DNA from: a virus
Lineage: Duplodnaviria; Caudoviricetes
Reading direction: 5' to 3' (one strand)
DNA: 55,820 bases
Virus record (IMG/VR): IMGVR_UViG_3300012349_000007
Location: 1-55,820 of that record
Within the stretch, counting starts at the first letter, position 1. The number at the start of each line of letters is the position of its first letter. Below are positions 47,625 to 55,820 of the stretch, piece after piece. Under the pieces are notes generated by a model that was not told where the DNA came from, did no database searches, and saw nothing but the letters and a program-made list of their open reading frames with translations. A program made the position numbers and the translations under genes.

Positions 47625-49985
47625 ATGGACATCGATCAGCTTCTTTCAAAGCACAGCGATAACTACCGCTTTCACGGTGTACGCTCCGCGACATTGAGTC
47701 GCCTGATTGCTCAGTCTGAGAACGGTGAAATCCTTCTCTGGGGTCGCAATCCTGAGAGCGAGACCAGCGACTACCAGCAGGGCACTGGCGAACTGAGCGT
47801 CACTGATATCAGTGATATCGAGATGTCCTACAATGAATTTTGCGATGATGGCGGATTAGTCCTGGTGCTGGAAAAGATTGTTGCTGAGCCGGTTGAAATC
47901 GATCATGAGAGCGATGCTCGGGAGCATCTGGTTCGTGTCCAGGATTGGAAAGTGGTCGGTGGGCTTCGCCCAGTGGTTGATGAGGACGGCGAAGTGATCG
48001 ATCAGGAAGTCTTCTCCCTTGACGAAATCTTGAGTGAAGAGTTTTAGAAAGGAAAATCATGGCAAAGAAGATCAGTGAGGTAGCGCGGGAGGCTCTCGTT
48101 CAGGCTCGTGAAGAGGGACTGAACGATGACGACGCAAAGTGGCTGGCGGTGGGGGCCGTTAATGCCGAAGCCAGAAAGGTAGGCGTCATCGGCAAGGAAC
48201 TGACGCCTGAGATGAACGCTGCGTCTCAGGCAGTCGTCAAGCAAGAGTTGAAGCATGGCAAAAGGTAAGCAGGCTGAGAGCCTAAAGGGTAATCAGAATG
48301 CGCGGAAGGGCAAGCACCCTTCCCAGGTTCTGAGGCTTCCCGTAGAGCTGGTGGACGGGCTCTATGAATGCCTCGCTCTTGATGGTGAGGTCATCATGGA
48401 GAATGATCCTGAGCGAATAAGTGAATATGTGCTGGATATTCTCAGCAGTTATATTCGCCATAGGATTGAAGATAGCAAGGCGATCATTCTATGAATGAGT
48501 ACATCTGTGTGATCTGCCTCTCGCCTATTCCAGCTTCCACCATCGAGAGGCGGCATTATAGCCCTGGTGGCCGCCAGATGCCACCAACGAATGAGATAGT
48601 CTGTAGCCGCCGATGCAGTGATGAGTTGCGAAAGCTGAAGGGGCAATTCAAGCAGATGAGTGAAGCAGGGAGACCTGCCAGAAGTCAAGCCGTGGCCCAG
48701 TCCAATCGGGACAAGCCGCGGAGAAGAAAGTAGTTTAGCGCCTCTCGTGAGCGGGAGGCAGGAAAGGAAACAAACAATGTCACATTGGCCACAAGGGTGG
48801 GCGGAGCGAGGAGATGCTCATTCAAAGGTAAGCAATCGGTTGGAGAAAATTCAGAAAGAGTTGTTCTATCGTTTTCGACTACCTCAAGATATTCATCTTG
48901 AGGTAGTCGAGAAACAGCCACAGTCAGGGCGATATATCGCCCGACACGTTCACACGGAGAGTTACCCATCGGGTGGGTCAGCGGAGTATGCTAAGTTTGC
49001 CTATTGGAACGGGCGTGAATGGCATGAGGATGCGGAGTGGCGCCATTCCGGCCCCCGTTCAATGGATAATCCTCGTATTGAGTGGTTTCGTATTGTAGAG
49101 CAGTAATTCAATCGCCTTCCATCTCAGCGATGGAAGGCGGGAAGGACAAGCTGATGGCAAAAGAACAGACATCAACAAAAAAGCCGCAGATCATGATTCG
49201 GTTGAGTGCAGGCGGGGACGAAGAGTATCAACGGGAGTGGACTGACCCCTCAAAGGGGTCAGTGACGAACTTGGGCACGTACAACAGTTCCTACACGGCC
49301 ATTCGAGGCGGTGACCCATCGGGGCCACATCCTGATTGGTTTGATCTCTCCCCGGCTCAACTCGCTGCGTGTGAAGCAATTGCAGAGGAGTTAGGAACAT
49401 CCAAAGTAGTGGTAATCCGTAAGGTAGGTAGCTATCGCACTGCCTACATCGCACAAACCTACAAGTTTGGGGCAAACAGACGCTACTATGTATGTGAATG
49501 TGAGATTGGCGAGTAAGTAGCAGAGTCGCCTCGCCCTCCATGGTGAGGCAAGCAGCGGCTCCACGAGCCGGGAAGGAGAGGAAGAAATGGCAAAGCGAGT
49601 AATCGTATATGAGTTGAGCGGCGGCAAGGAAGAAATTTTTGAGATGAGCAATGTCGAGGAAGAGCAGCACGAGCGGGCTGCTGCTAATCGGGAGTTGCAT
49701 TCCCGCGATACTCAGGTTGTAGGCTATCATTTTGAGTGGAGAGAGGATAAACGATATGTTCCTATTCCCTCCGATCTCTCCGTTGGTCTTAGAGGTATCG
49801 GTCTTGCATCATCAGGTCTGCGTGTCAGTATCGCAGATTATGCCCCACATGACGCGGAGCGCGTCTGTAGGGAACTCAATGAACTCGATGCTCAATATTT
49901 GAGCATCGAGCAAGCAGAAGTTGAACTTCAACGGATTGGCGTCCAATTGTTAGCAGGGCGCCGAATACCTGGTATTCATCGATAG
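47625..49985 (+). CDS. early operon of seven hypothetical genes (47625-48047, 48059-48268, 48255-48494, 48491-48733, 48777-49106, 49154-49516, 49587-49985)
   Basis: RBSs; 48491-48733 has CVIC...CSRRC; 48255-48494 has GNQNARK and an RHH-like segment. Confidence 0.7.
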
Positions 49986-50015
49986 TAGCCAGCCCATCAA
50001 GCGGCAGCACAGTTC

Positions 50016-50047
50016 AAGCCCGTTCAGTGATGATACTGAACGGGCTT
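50016..50047. terminator. bidirectional terminator between convergent genes
   Basis: AAGCCCGTTCAGT-N6-ACTGAACGGGCTT. Confidence 0.75.
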
Positions 50048-50055
50048 CTTGTGTC

Positions 50056-50241
50056 TCACGCCGTCTTGCCCGCTCGCTTCTTTGGTAACTGAGCAGTTGG
50101 ACTTTCAGCAGTCAGCCGCACTGCCAGCCGTACCGCATCGGAGGCTGTACTGAGCCCGTACTTGTCCATGATCGTGGCGATAGCCTGCGTGTCCACTGCG
50201 CCAAGATAATGCGTTTTGCGGGCATAGCTGGTTTTGAGCAT
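50056..50241 (-). CDS. ribbon-helix-helix-like regulator
   Basis: RKTHYL...AIATIMDKYGLSTASDAVRLAVR. Confidence 0.7.
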   Translation of the reverse strand: MLKTSYARKTHYLGAVDTQAIATIMDKYGLSTASDAVRLAVRLTAESPTAQLPKKRAGKTA

Positions 50242-50385
50242 ACATTATTCCCTTCCACGTTGCACAAGATTTGAGAACAAGTATACATGATGTCTCACCG
50301 AAATGGGACGTTGCGGGACACAGTGAGCGGGATTTGTTGGGGAAATGTGGTTGCAAAAATGTGGTACATGGTGGGTACTAAAAGC

Positions 50386-50441
50386 TTGCAAAATGGGTGA
50401 TATCATGGTACAATAGGGTCTGTAAATTCCTATTTACGGAC
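50386..50441 (+). promoter_or_regulatory. promoter of recombinase 2 followed by a lox/dif-like dyad
   Basis: TTGCAA-N17-TACAAT, then GTCTGTAA-ATTCCTAT-TTACGGAC at 50418-50441. Confidence 0.6.
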
Positions 50442-50468
50442 GGTAAAAGTAAAGAGAGAGACAGCTAA

Positions 50469-51398
50469 ATGGATGGCCTTGTTCCCTATCAGCAACAGCG
50501 TATAGAGCAATCAATTGTAGACGTTTTAAAGATCCTTGATAGCAAGGAGTCAAAGCGAGTCTACAATCTTGATATTGCCTACTTTGCTGAGTGGATGAAA
50601 GAAAAGCACCTGACTTACCAATCTGTGACTACCTCAGATATTATCGCTTATCGTGAGCTGCTAGGGCAGACATTTAAGAAAGCTACATCGCAACGCATGT
50701 TTTCAGTTATTCGACGTCTTTTTAAGATGCTTGTTAGTCGAGGTGTGCGAACTGATGACCCTATCACGGATGTAAAGGGTTTCAAGCTTGCTAATGAGAG
50801 TACCCATATAGCTCTGAGCAAAAAGCAAGCAGAAAATCTATTAGACTCAATTGATACAAGCAGCCCAAAGGGCAAGCGTGATTATGCATTACTATCTCTC
50901 CTTTTACGGACTGGCATCCGACGCTCTGAATGTGCTGCATTGAATATAGGCGACTTAAGTACAGAGGAGGGATATCATATTGCCACTATCCAACATGGAA
51001 AAGGAGATAAACGGCGTATCGTGAAAATACCTGTAGACGTCTTTCGCTCCTTAGAGAGATATATACAAGCCTCTGGTAGAACTATAACATCACTGGATAA
51101 CCCGCTCTTTATCGGTTTTGATAGACGTCCTGAGTATGAAAGCCAACGCATTAGCGAGAAGGTGATAGAGCGTGTGGTTAGAGAATATGGTAAAAATATT
51201 GGCTTCTTACCTCCAAAGAGGCTTACCCCTCACGATTTGCGGACGTCGTTTATCACACTCTCAAGGGAAGGTGGAGCTACCTTAGAGCAGAGGCAATTTG
51301 CAGCAGGTCATTCAGACCCGCGCACAACACAACGCTATGATGTCCGCAAACTAAACCTAGACCATAATGCAGTAGATTATATTCACTTGTGGGAGTAA
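50469..51398 (+). CDS. tyrosine recombinase, XerC/D-like resolvase (2)
   Basis: RDYAL...TGIRRSE, GKG, PHDLR, AGHSDPRTTQRY. Confidence 0.95.
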   Translation: MDGLVPYQQQRIEQSIVDVLKILDSKESKRVYNLDIAYFAEWMKEKHLTYQSVTTSDIIAYRELLGQTFKKATSQRMFSVIRRLFKMLVSRGVRTDDPITDVKGFKLANESTHIALSKKQAENLLDSIDTSSPKGKRDYALLSLLLRTGIRRSECAALNIGDLSTEEGYHIATIQHGKGDKRRIVKIPVDVFRSLERYIQASGRTITSLDNPLFIGFDRRPEYESQRISEKVIERVVREYGKNIGFLPPKRLTPHDLRTSFITLSREGGATLEQRQFAAGHSDPRTTQRYDVRKLNLDHNAVDYIHLWE

Positions 51399-52120
51399 AC
51401 GATCAGATGCTACAAAACCTAGGAACTGGAAAATGTGACACTTGTTTAGAAAGCCCTCGCCCTTTGTTTTCGTTTCATCAGGAATGCGTTTATGTTCGTA
51501 ACCCTGGTGAGGGGAGATATTGCCCTGCTTGCATTCTCACTTTTCAACAGGAATGTGATGTACCTCCGCGTGAATGGTTACGCCGTTGTGATGATTGCTT
51601 TACGTATATGGCATTCAAAGACCTTCTGCGGCATGAGCGGATAAAACATCGATGGTGGGGTTTTTGTCCTGACTGCATGGCAAAACAAATCAGGCGGAAT
51701 AGCCTTACCTGTGTAGTATGCGGTGAGTCCACACTTGAATATACATACCTTTCTCGTATCCATTCTACATGCGAGAAATGCTATGTGCATTCACCAAAGT
51801 TAGCGGTAGTCATGTATCATAATAGCAGAGCAAAAGCATTGAACTTGCCTGCTACACTGACAACAGAGCAATGGGAACAAGCTATAAAACATTTCAATCA
51901 TCGTTGTGCTTATTGTCCTGACGGGCCTTATGAAGTACTAGAACATTTTTTACCTTTATGTCTTGGAGGTGGTACAGTAGCAAATAACTGTGTGCCTGCT
52001 TGCCATTCCTGTAATGTTCGTAAGAAGGATAAGCACCCTAACGACTTCAGCAGATTGTTTCCGGCTTCGAACATCGCTCGTATCACGGCGTATCTGGCTC
52101 AGCACGTTGGCGTGCTATAA
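51389..52120 (+). CDS. HNH endonuclease with multiple N-terminal CxxC motifs
   Basis: CAYC...EHFLPLCLGG...NCVPACHSCNVRK. Confidence 0.85.
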   Translation: MGVNDQMLQNLGTGKCDTCLESPRPLFSFHQECVYVRNPGEGRYCPACILTFQQECDVPPREWLRRCDDCFTYMAFKDLLRHERIKHRWWGFCPDCMAKQIRRNSLTCVVCGESTLEYTYLSRIHSTCEKCYVHSPKLAVVMYHNSRAKALNLPATLTTEQWEQAIKHFNHRCAYCPDGPYEVLEHFLPLCLGGGTVANNCVPACHSCNVRKKDKHPNDFSRLFPASNIARITAYLAQHVGVL

Positions 52121-52135
52121 AGGAAGGATTGAACG

Positions 52136-52399
52136 ATGGATTGGAAAGATATCGTACTCAGGGACGCTTATCTTGCAGGCAGCCTAGCCGCTCGTTCCTG
52201 GGAGCCGTGGGACTCCACAACGCCCGAAAGTGAAGCCGATAGCGTCGGTCTCGCAGGTTCACGCCGTGCTGACTTCCTGCGAGGCTGGCACGATGAGATA
52301 ACGGAACAGGACAAAGCGCGCGACCCGAAAGCCGTGATGCTGAGGGAGTACGACGAGATGGCGCAAGGCTGGGACAAAGGCGACCCTGCTGCGAGATAA
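52136..52399 (+). CDS. hypothetical protein
   Basis: GGAAGG RBS. Confidence 0.6.
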   Translation: MDWKDIVLRDAYLAGSLAARSWEPWDSTTPESEADSVGLAGSRRADFLRGWHDEITEQDKARDPKAVMLREYDEMAQGWDKGDPAAR

Positions 52400-52460
52400 G
52401 TCAGTTTTGCAAATGATTGAAAGATTACGCCAAATCAGTAGTTAAAAAGGAGGAACTTGT

Positions 52461-52886
52461 ATGACCTTTGTTTATCATGACGGCGGAAGAAAAGAAGCCG
52501 GTTATAAGGGAACCACAAGTGATTGTGTTGTTCGGGCAATAGCAATAGCAACTGAACAACCATATCAGGAGGTCTATAATACTATCAATTCATTTGCTAA
52601 GTTTGAGAGAACCGGCAAACGAAAAAGAGGCAAGTCTAATGCCAGAACGGGAGTCTATAAGCAGACCTATCACAAGTATCTAGAAAGTATCGGATGGAAG
52701 TGGACTCCGACTATGTTGATAGGTCAGGGTTGCGTGGTTCACTTGAAGTCAGATGAACTACCAAGAGGAAGAATAGTAGTCATTTTATCAAAACATCTAT
52801 CGGCAGTCATTGATGGTGTTGTCTATGACACAGCCGACCCTTCAAGAGAAGGGACAAGATGTGTGTATGGGTACTTCAGTCAGTAG
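52461..52886 (+). CDS. conserved phage protein with papain-like Cys/His pattern
   Basis: DGGR..AGY...DCVVRAIAIA...HLSAVIDG. Confidence 0.65.
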   Translation: MTFVYHDGGRKEAGYKGTTSDCVVRAIAIATEQPYQEVYNTINSFAKFERTGKRKRGKSNARTGVYKQTYHKYLESIGWKWTPTMLIGQGCVVHLKSDELPRGRIVVILSKHLSAVIDGVVYDTADPSREGTRCVYGYFSQ

Positions 52887-52899
52887 TTAGGAGCAAGTC

Positions 52900-53103
52900 A
52901 TTCTACACACATGTAGTACATGTGGAAAACCGATAGAACCAACTCAGATCATACGCACACGATCTGATGGAAGTCTATCCATTGTTCGAGTGCCAGGCCC
53001 ACAACGTTGTGAAACATGTCAGGTACGGTGGCACAAGCAATATCAGACTATGTATAAACGAGAGTGGCGCAAAAAGAGAAAAGAAAGCCATAGCAGTAGT
53101 TAA
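52900..53103 (+). CDS. Zn-finger microprotein with apparent ATT start (not in ORF track)
   Basis: AGGAG 6 nt upstream of ATT; CSTC...CETC then a basic helix; fills the gap between genes. Confidence 0.6.
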   Translation: MLHTCSTCGKPIEPTQIIRTRSDGSLSIVRVPGPQRCETCQVRWHKQYQTMYKREWRKKRKESHSSS

Positions 53104-53121
53104 GGAGAAAGGTAAGGAAGA

Positions 53122-53460
53122 ATGACAAATCTCCTCAAGGAAACCATCGAGGAATTGGCTGATAACAAGAAAGTGCCACAAGATGTACAATGGGTCGGGT
53201 CTCAAGATGGAAAGTATAGTCTCTCCTGGGAGCAGTTTGCCGTCAAGGCTTCGCAAATTGACTATGATAGCGGGTATGGAGGGCAAGAACTTGCCAGCAA
53301 TCTTGTAGTGGTTGGTCCTGATTGGTGGTTAGAACGTCATGAGTATGACGGTTCAGAATGGTGGGAATTTAAGACTTTGCCAGTGTGTACAGAGGACACA
53401 CAAGCGTTTACTTTTACGAAAATCAGAGATTGGGGTGAATGGGAAATACAAGGAGTCTAG
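53122..53460 (+). CDS. conserved phage hypothetical protein
   Basis: YDSGYGGQEL...WLERHEYDGSEWW. Confidence 0.75.
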   Translation: MTNLLKETIEELADNKKVPQDVQWVGSQDGKYSLSWEQFAVKASQIDYDSGYGGQELASNLVVVGPDWWLERHEYDGSEWWEFKTLPVCTEDTQAFTFTKIRDWGEWEIQGV

Positions 53461-53464
53461 CATC

Positions 53465-54004
53465 ATGGTACTGGGGACACAACTGCATATCTCACTTGCT
53501 CAGGAACTCATAGAGCAGATAGCACCAGTTGAGAATGATGAAGATATGCCAATGAGGAAAAAACCAAAGTCAACTACTGGACTCTGGACATCTTCATGGC
53601 GCGAGGAAACACAAGACTCTGATTGGGTTGAGTGGTGTCGAGGTGAGAACTTTGGTGATCCCGATAAAGATCAATGGTTCTTACTTACTCCAAGAATAGA
53701 CGCCAGGATTTACATGATTGACTCCCTTACCGATTTAGAACGGTTGCTGATCCAGTACGAATGGTATTCACCTCTTGCTAAGAAAATAGCAAGAACTGTA
53801 GGCAGAGAACATGCCCGATACTATACCAGCATTGACTTTGAGCGGTTGAGTAAGGAGTATGACGCTCTTCATTTAACTGAGTATGGCAATGGGCAGTTAC
53901 ACTTGAGTTATCCCCTTGACCTGAATGCCTGGGATAGTGAAAGTACAATATGGTTTCATTGGTGTTTTACTGAGGTACGAAAGATACAACTCGCTCTCAA
54001 ATAA
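53465..54004 (+). CDS. hypothetical protein, possible ADP-ribosyltransferase-like fold
   Basis: H...KP..GLWTS...YDALHL...WDSES; AAGGAG RBS. Confidence 0.55.
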   Translation: MVLGTQLHISLAQELIEQIAPVENDEDMPMRKKPKSTTGLWTSSWREETQDSDWVEWCRGENFGDPDKDQWFLLTPRIDARIYMIDSLTDLERLLIQYEWYSPLAKKIARTVGREHARYYTSIDFERLSKEYDALHLTEYGNGQLHLSYPLDLNAWDSESTIWFHWCFTEVRKIQLALK

Positions 54005-54043
54005 CTACTCATATGGACAGTACTGCAAAGCGAAGGAAAGTTT

Positions 54044-54280
54044 ATGCACGACCGCACCAAACGTGATGAGGATGTTGCCGACTACCTGGACGATCTCCGC
54101 GCCAGGGAAGAGTTACGTCAGCACGCCAACGACCCGCTTGACGCGCCTTTGGGTGTGCGAGTCCAGGCATTCACCATTGAGCGGCTGCGACGGTACATGG
54201 CTGATGTCAGGTATACTGGCAGCATGGACAGCCTGATAAATGATATCCTCAAGGATTGGTTGTATGGGGAGGGGGAATAG
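54044..54280 (+). CDS. small protein, RHH-like C-terminus
   Basis: LGVRVQAFTIERLRRY...SMDSLINDILKDWL. Confidence 0.55.
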   Translation: MHDRTKRDEDVADYLDDLRAREELRQHANDPLDAPLGVRVQAFTIERLRRYMADVRYTGSMDSLINDILKDWLYGEGE

Positions 54281-54601
54281 ATGAGTACTGAGCGGGATAA
54301 CCATTTCCAGAACTTTGCTAAGCTTCTTTGGGAGGAGTTGATCGAAAAAGGCTACACGTGGGAAAACTATGATCCTGATAATAACCTCTATCGTGATAGC
54401 GTGGTTGAACTTATCGCTCAACGCGCTTATGATCTGTCCGTACACAACTTTATGCACGTTGGGCCAGCAGAGCAAGCAGAATACGGTGATCCATGCGATT
54501 GCGTGTCCCATGTCCCTGACCTCACGACCTGGGATGACGTTTCTGCCTATATTGCAGACTATGACCGATTGAAGATGAAGCATTCTACGCAAGGAGAATA
54601 A
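54281..54601 (+). CDS. hypothetical protein, paralog of 103-417
   Basis: RDNHFQNFAKLL, LIAQRAYDL, PDLTTW. Confidence 0.75.
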   Translation: MSTERDNHFQNFAKLLWEELIEKGYTWENYDPDNNLYRDSVVELIAQRAYDLSVHNFMHVGPAEQAEYGDPCDCVSHVPDLTTWDDVSAYIADYDRLKMKHSTQGE

Positions 54602-54604
54602 GCA

Positions 54605-54859
54605 GTGAAATATTTTATACAAGACGAGGCGATTGCAACCGACCTACGCAATGCAGGCTTTGCATGTGAACTGGACACCTCGCCAAAGGTGAGCTTCAAT
54701 CTCAACTCTCATCGGGAGTGGCCACCCAAAGAGATACTTCAGGGCGATTGGTATGAGGCCGATTGTCCACTAGAACATGGCAAACCGTTCTTGTTAGACG
54801 GGAAAAGCGTTGAACTTTTAGGCGTGCTCATCAGACGATCAGATCAGCCTGCTACGTAA
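54605..54859 (+). CDS. hypothetical protein
   Basis: AAGGAG RBS, GTG start. Confidence 0.55.
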   Translation: MKYFIQDEAIATDLRNAGFACELDTSPKVSFNLNSHREWPPKEILQGDWYEADCPLEHGKPFLLDGKSVELLGVLIRRSDQPAT

Positions 54860-55003
54860 AAGTACGTACCGGCTCCCTCATCTAAAAGCCGGTATGGTGA
54901 TACTTTCGCGTCCAGGCACTTTCCCGCCTCTGGCAAGATACAAAATCACCCCTCGGCACATGGCTCTACAAGCCATGGCACTACAAACAGTACCGTATCA
55001 AAT

Positions 55004-55228
55004 TCAAAAAGTGGCATGAGTCAAATTTGACTGCTTCCTGTCATTCATCCACACCTCATCACCCTGGCCAGCATCCAACAGCCACAACTCTTTCTCTGAT
55101 CGAAGTATGGCCAGTGCTTCCACCGTATTCCACGTGACGAGCTCCACCCCTGGCCTGATCTGCTGCAATTTCGCTGTTGTGGAGCGTGAGAAGCCCACTT
55201 TGCTCAAGTTGCGATTAATGGCAATCAT
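55004..55228 (-). CDS. hypothetical protein
   Basis: ATGA coupling to the holin-like gene. Confidence 0.5.
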   Translation of the reverse strand: MIAINRNLSKVGFSRSTTAKLQQIRPGVELVTWNTVEALAILRSEKELWLLDAGQGDEVWMNDRKQSNLTHATF

Positions 55229-55820
55229 TTTTGTGGCTGCACGACCGGTATCAACGCGCTATCGTTCCAATTGCGCTGGACATCGGTATTCATGGTCAAA
55301 TCGGGTGTAGCCGTCAATGTGTCCATATTTGCCCTCGTGGGAACATCATTCATTGCTCCCAAATTCACCGCGGGCAGCATTGACACCGGCGAAGGCACAA
55401 ACTGCGGTCGCTGGGGGATAACCGGTGGTGGCGCTGGCACGGGTGGAGGCGTAGTTGCCGTTTGCTGTGGCTGTACTGCCTCTGTGGGCGTTGTTTGCGC
55501 AGGTGCTTGTGATGGTGAACTGATTTCGACAGGTGGCTGTACGACCACTGTAGGCGTCTGTTGGGCTTGCTGCTGAAACACTTGTACAAGTCCCGGAATA
55601 ATCCCCACAAACTGGGAGATCACTTGCTGCAAGCTCTGTTGCTGTTGGCCTATCTGAGCCTGCTGTTGGCCTATTTGGGCTTGCTGGCCAGGAGACGGAG
55701 CCTTGTAGGCCAGATTGATGCCGAAGACGCCCGATGCTATGCCCCAAATGGCCAAAGCTCCATTGAAGTCAATCTTGCCGATATACAGCAGCGCTGCGCC
55801 GATAATGACAAGCAGGCACG
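55225..55820 (-). CDS. 3' part of holin-like protein: two TM helices then a long Q/P-rich tail
   Basis: Frame open to the window end and continuous with ATG at 52. Confidence 0.75.
   Translation of the reverse strand, partial: CLLVIIGAALLYIGKIDFNGALAIWGIASGVFGINLAYKAPSPGQQAQIGQQQAQIGQQQQSLQQVISQFVGIIPGLVQVFQQQAQQTPTVVVQPPVEISSPSQAPAQTTPTEAVQPQQTATTPPPVPAPPPVIPQRPQFVPSPVSMLPAVNLGAMNDVPTRANMDTLTATPDLTMNTDVQRNWNDSALIPVVQPQK

Noticed and set aside
48700-51398. Classical integron
   Set aside because: Hairpins lack RYYYAAC/GTTRRRY attC ends and the recombinase shows no evident IntI-specific insertion
55630-55690. 21 bp tandem repeat
   Set aside because: Coding repeat QQAQIGQ in the holin-like tail

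Overview
The window is best read as a complete circular 55.8 kb tailed-phage genome: a two-helix membrane (holin-like) ORF reads in frame from ATG 52-50 across the 1/55820 junction. The long tape measure and lack of a sheath gene point to a siphovirus. The minus strand (about 28.4 kb down to 0.6 kb) carries a late operon: terminases, portal, scaffold, major capsid, head-tail joining, two tail tube paralogs, a tail chaperone with a -1 frameshift, tape measure, tail tip proteins including a glycoside hydrolase, and an endolysin. The plus strand (29.7-55 kb) carries two XerC/D-like tyrosine recombinases, two excisionase-like HTH proteins, an O-like initiator with iterons, a DnaB helicase, an ArsR regulator, a Rad52/Sak-like annealing protein, homing endonucleases and many Zn-finger and membrane microproteins. 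No CI repressor is recognisable. Host is inferred from protein style only, possibly Chloroflexota (Ktedonobacteria). Most unusual: (1) a non-tail membrane gene with a full -1 frameshift signal adding a basic domain, linked to two equally spaced palindromes; (2) a 918 bp cassette with a truncated initiator and a second iteron origin between identical 28 bp dyad repeats; (3) an anticodon-less tRNA-His-like RNA plus tRNA-Asn; (4) two membrane peptides overprinted in the initiator; (5) an IS630-type MITE splitting an HNH gene. All family calls are by eye, without database searches.
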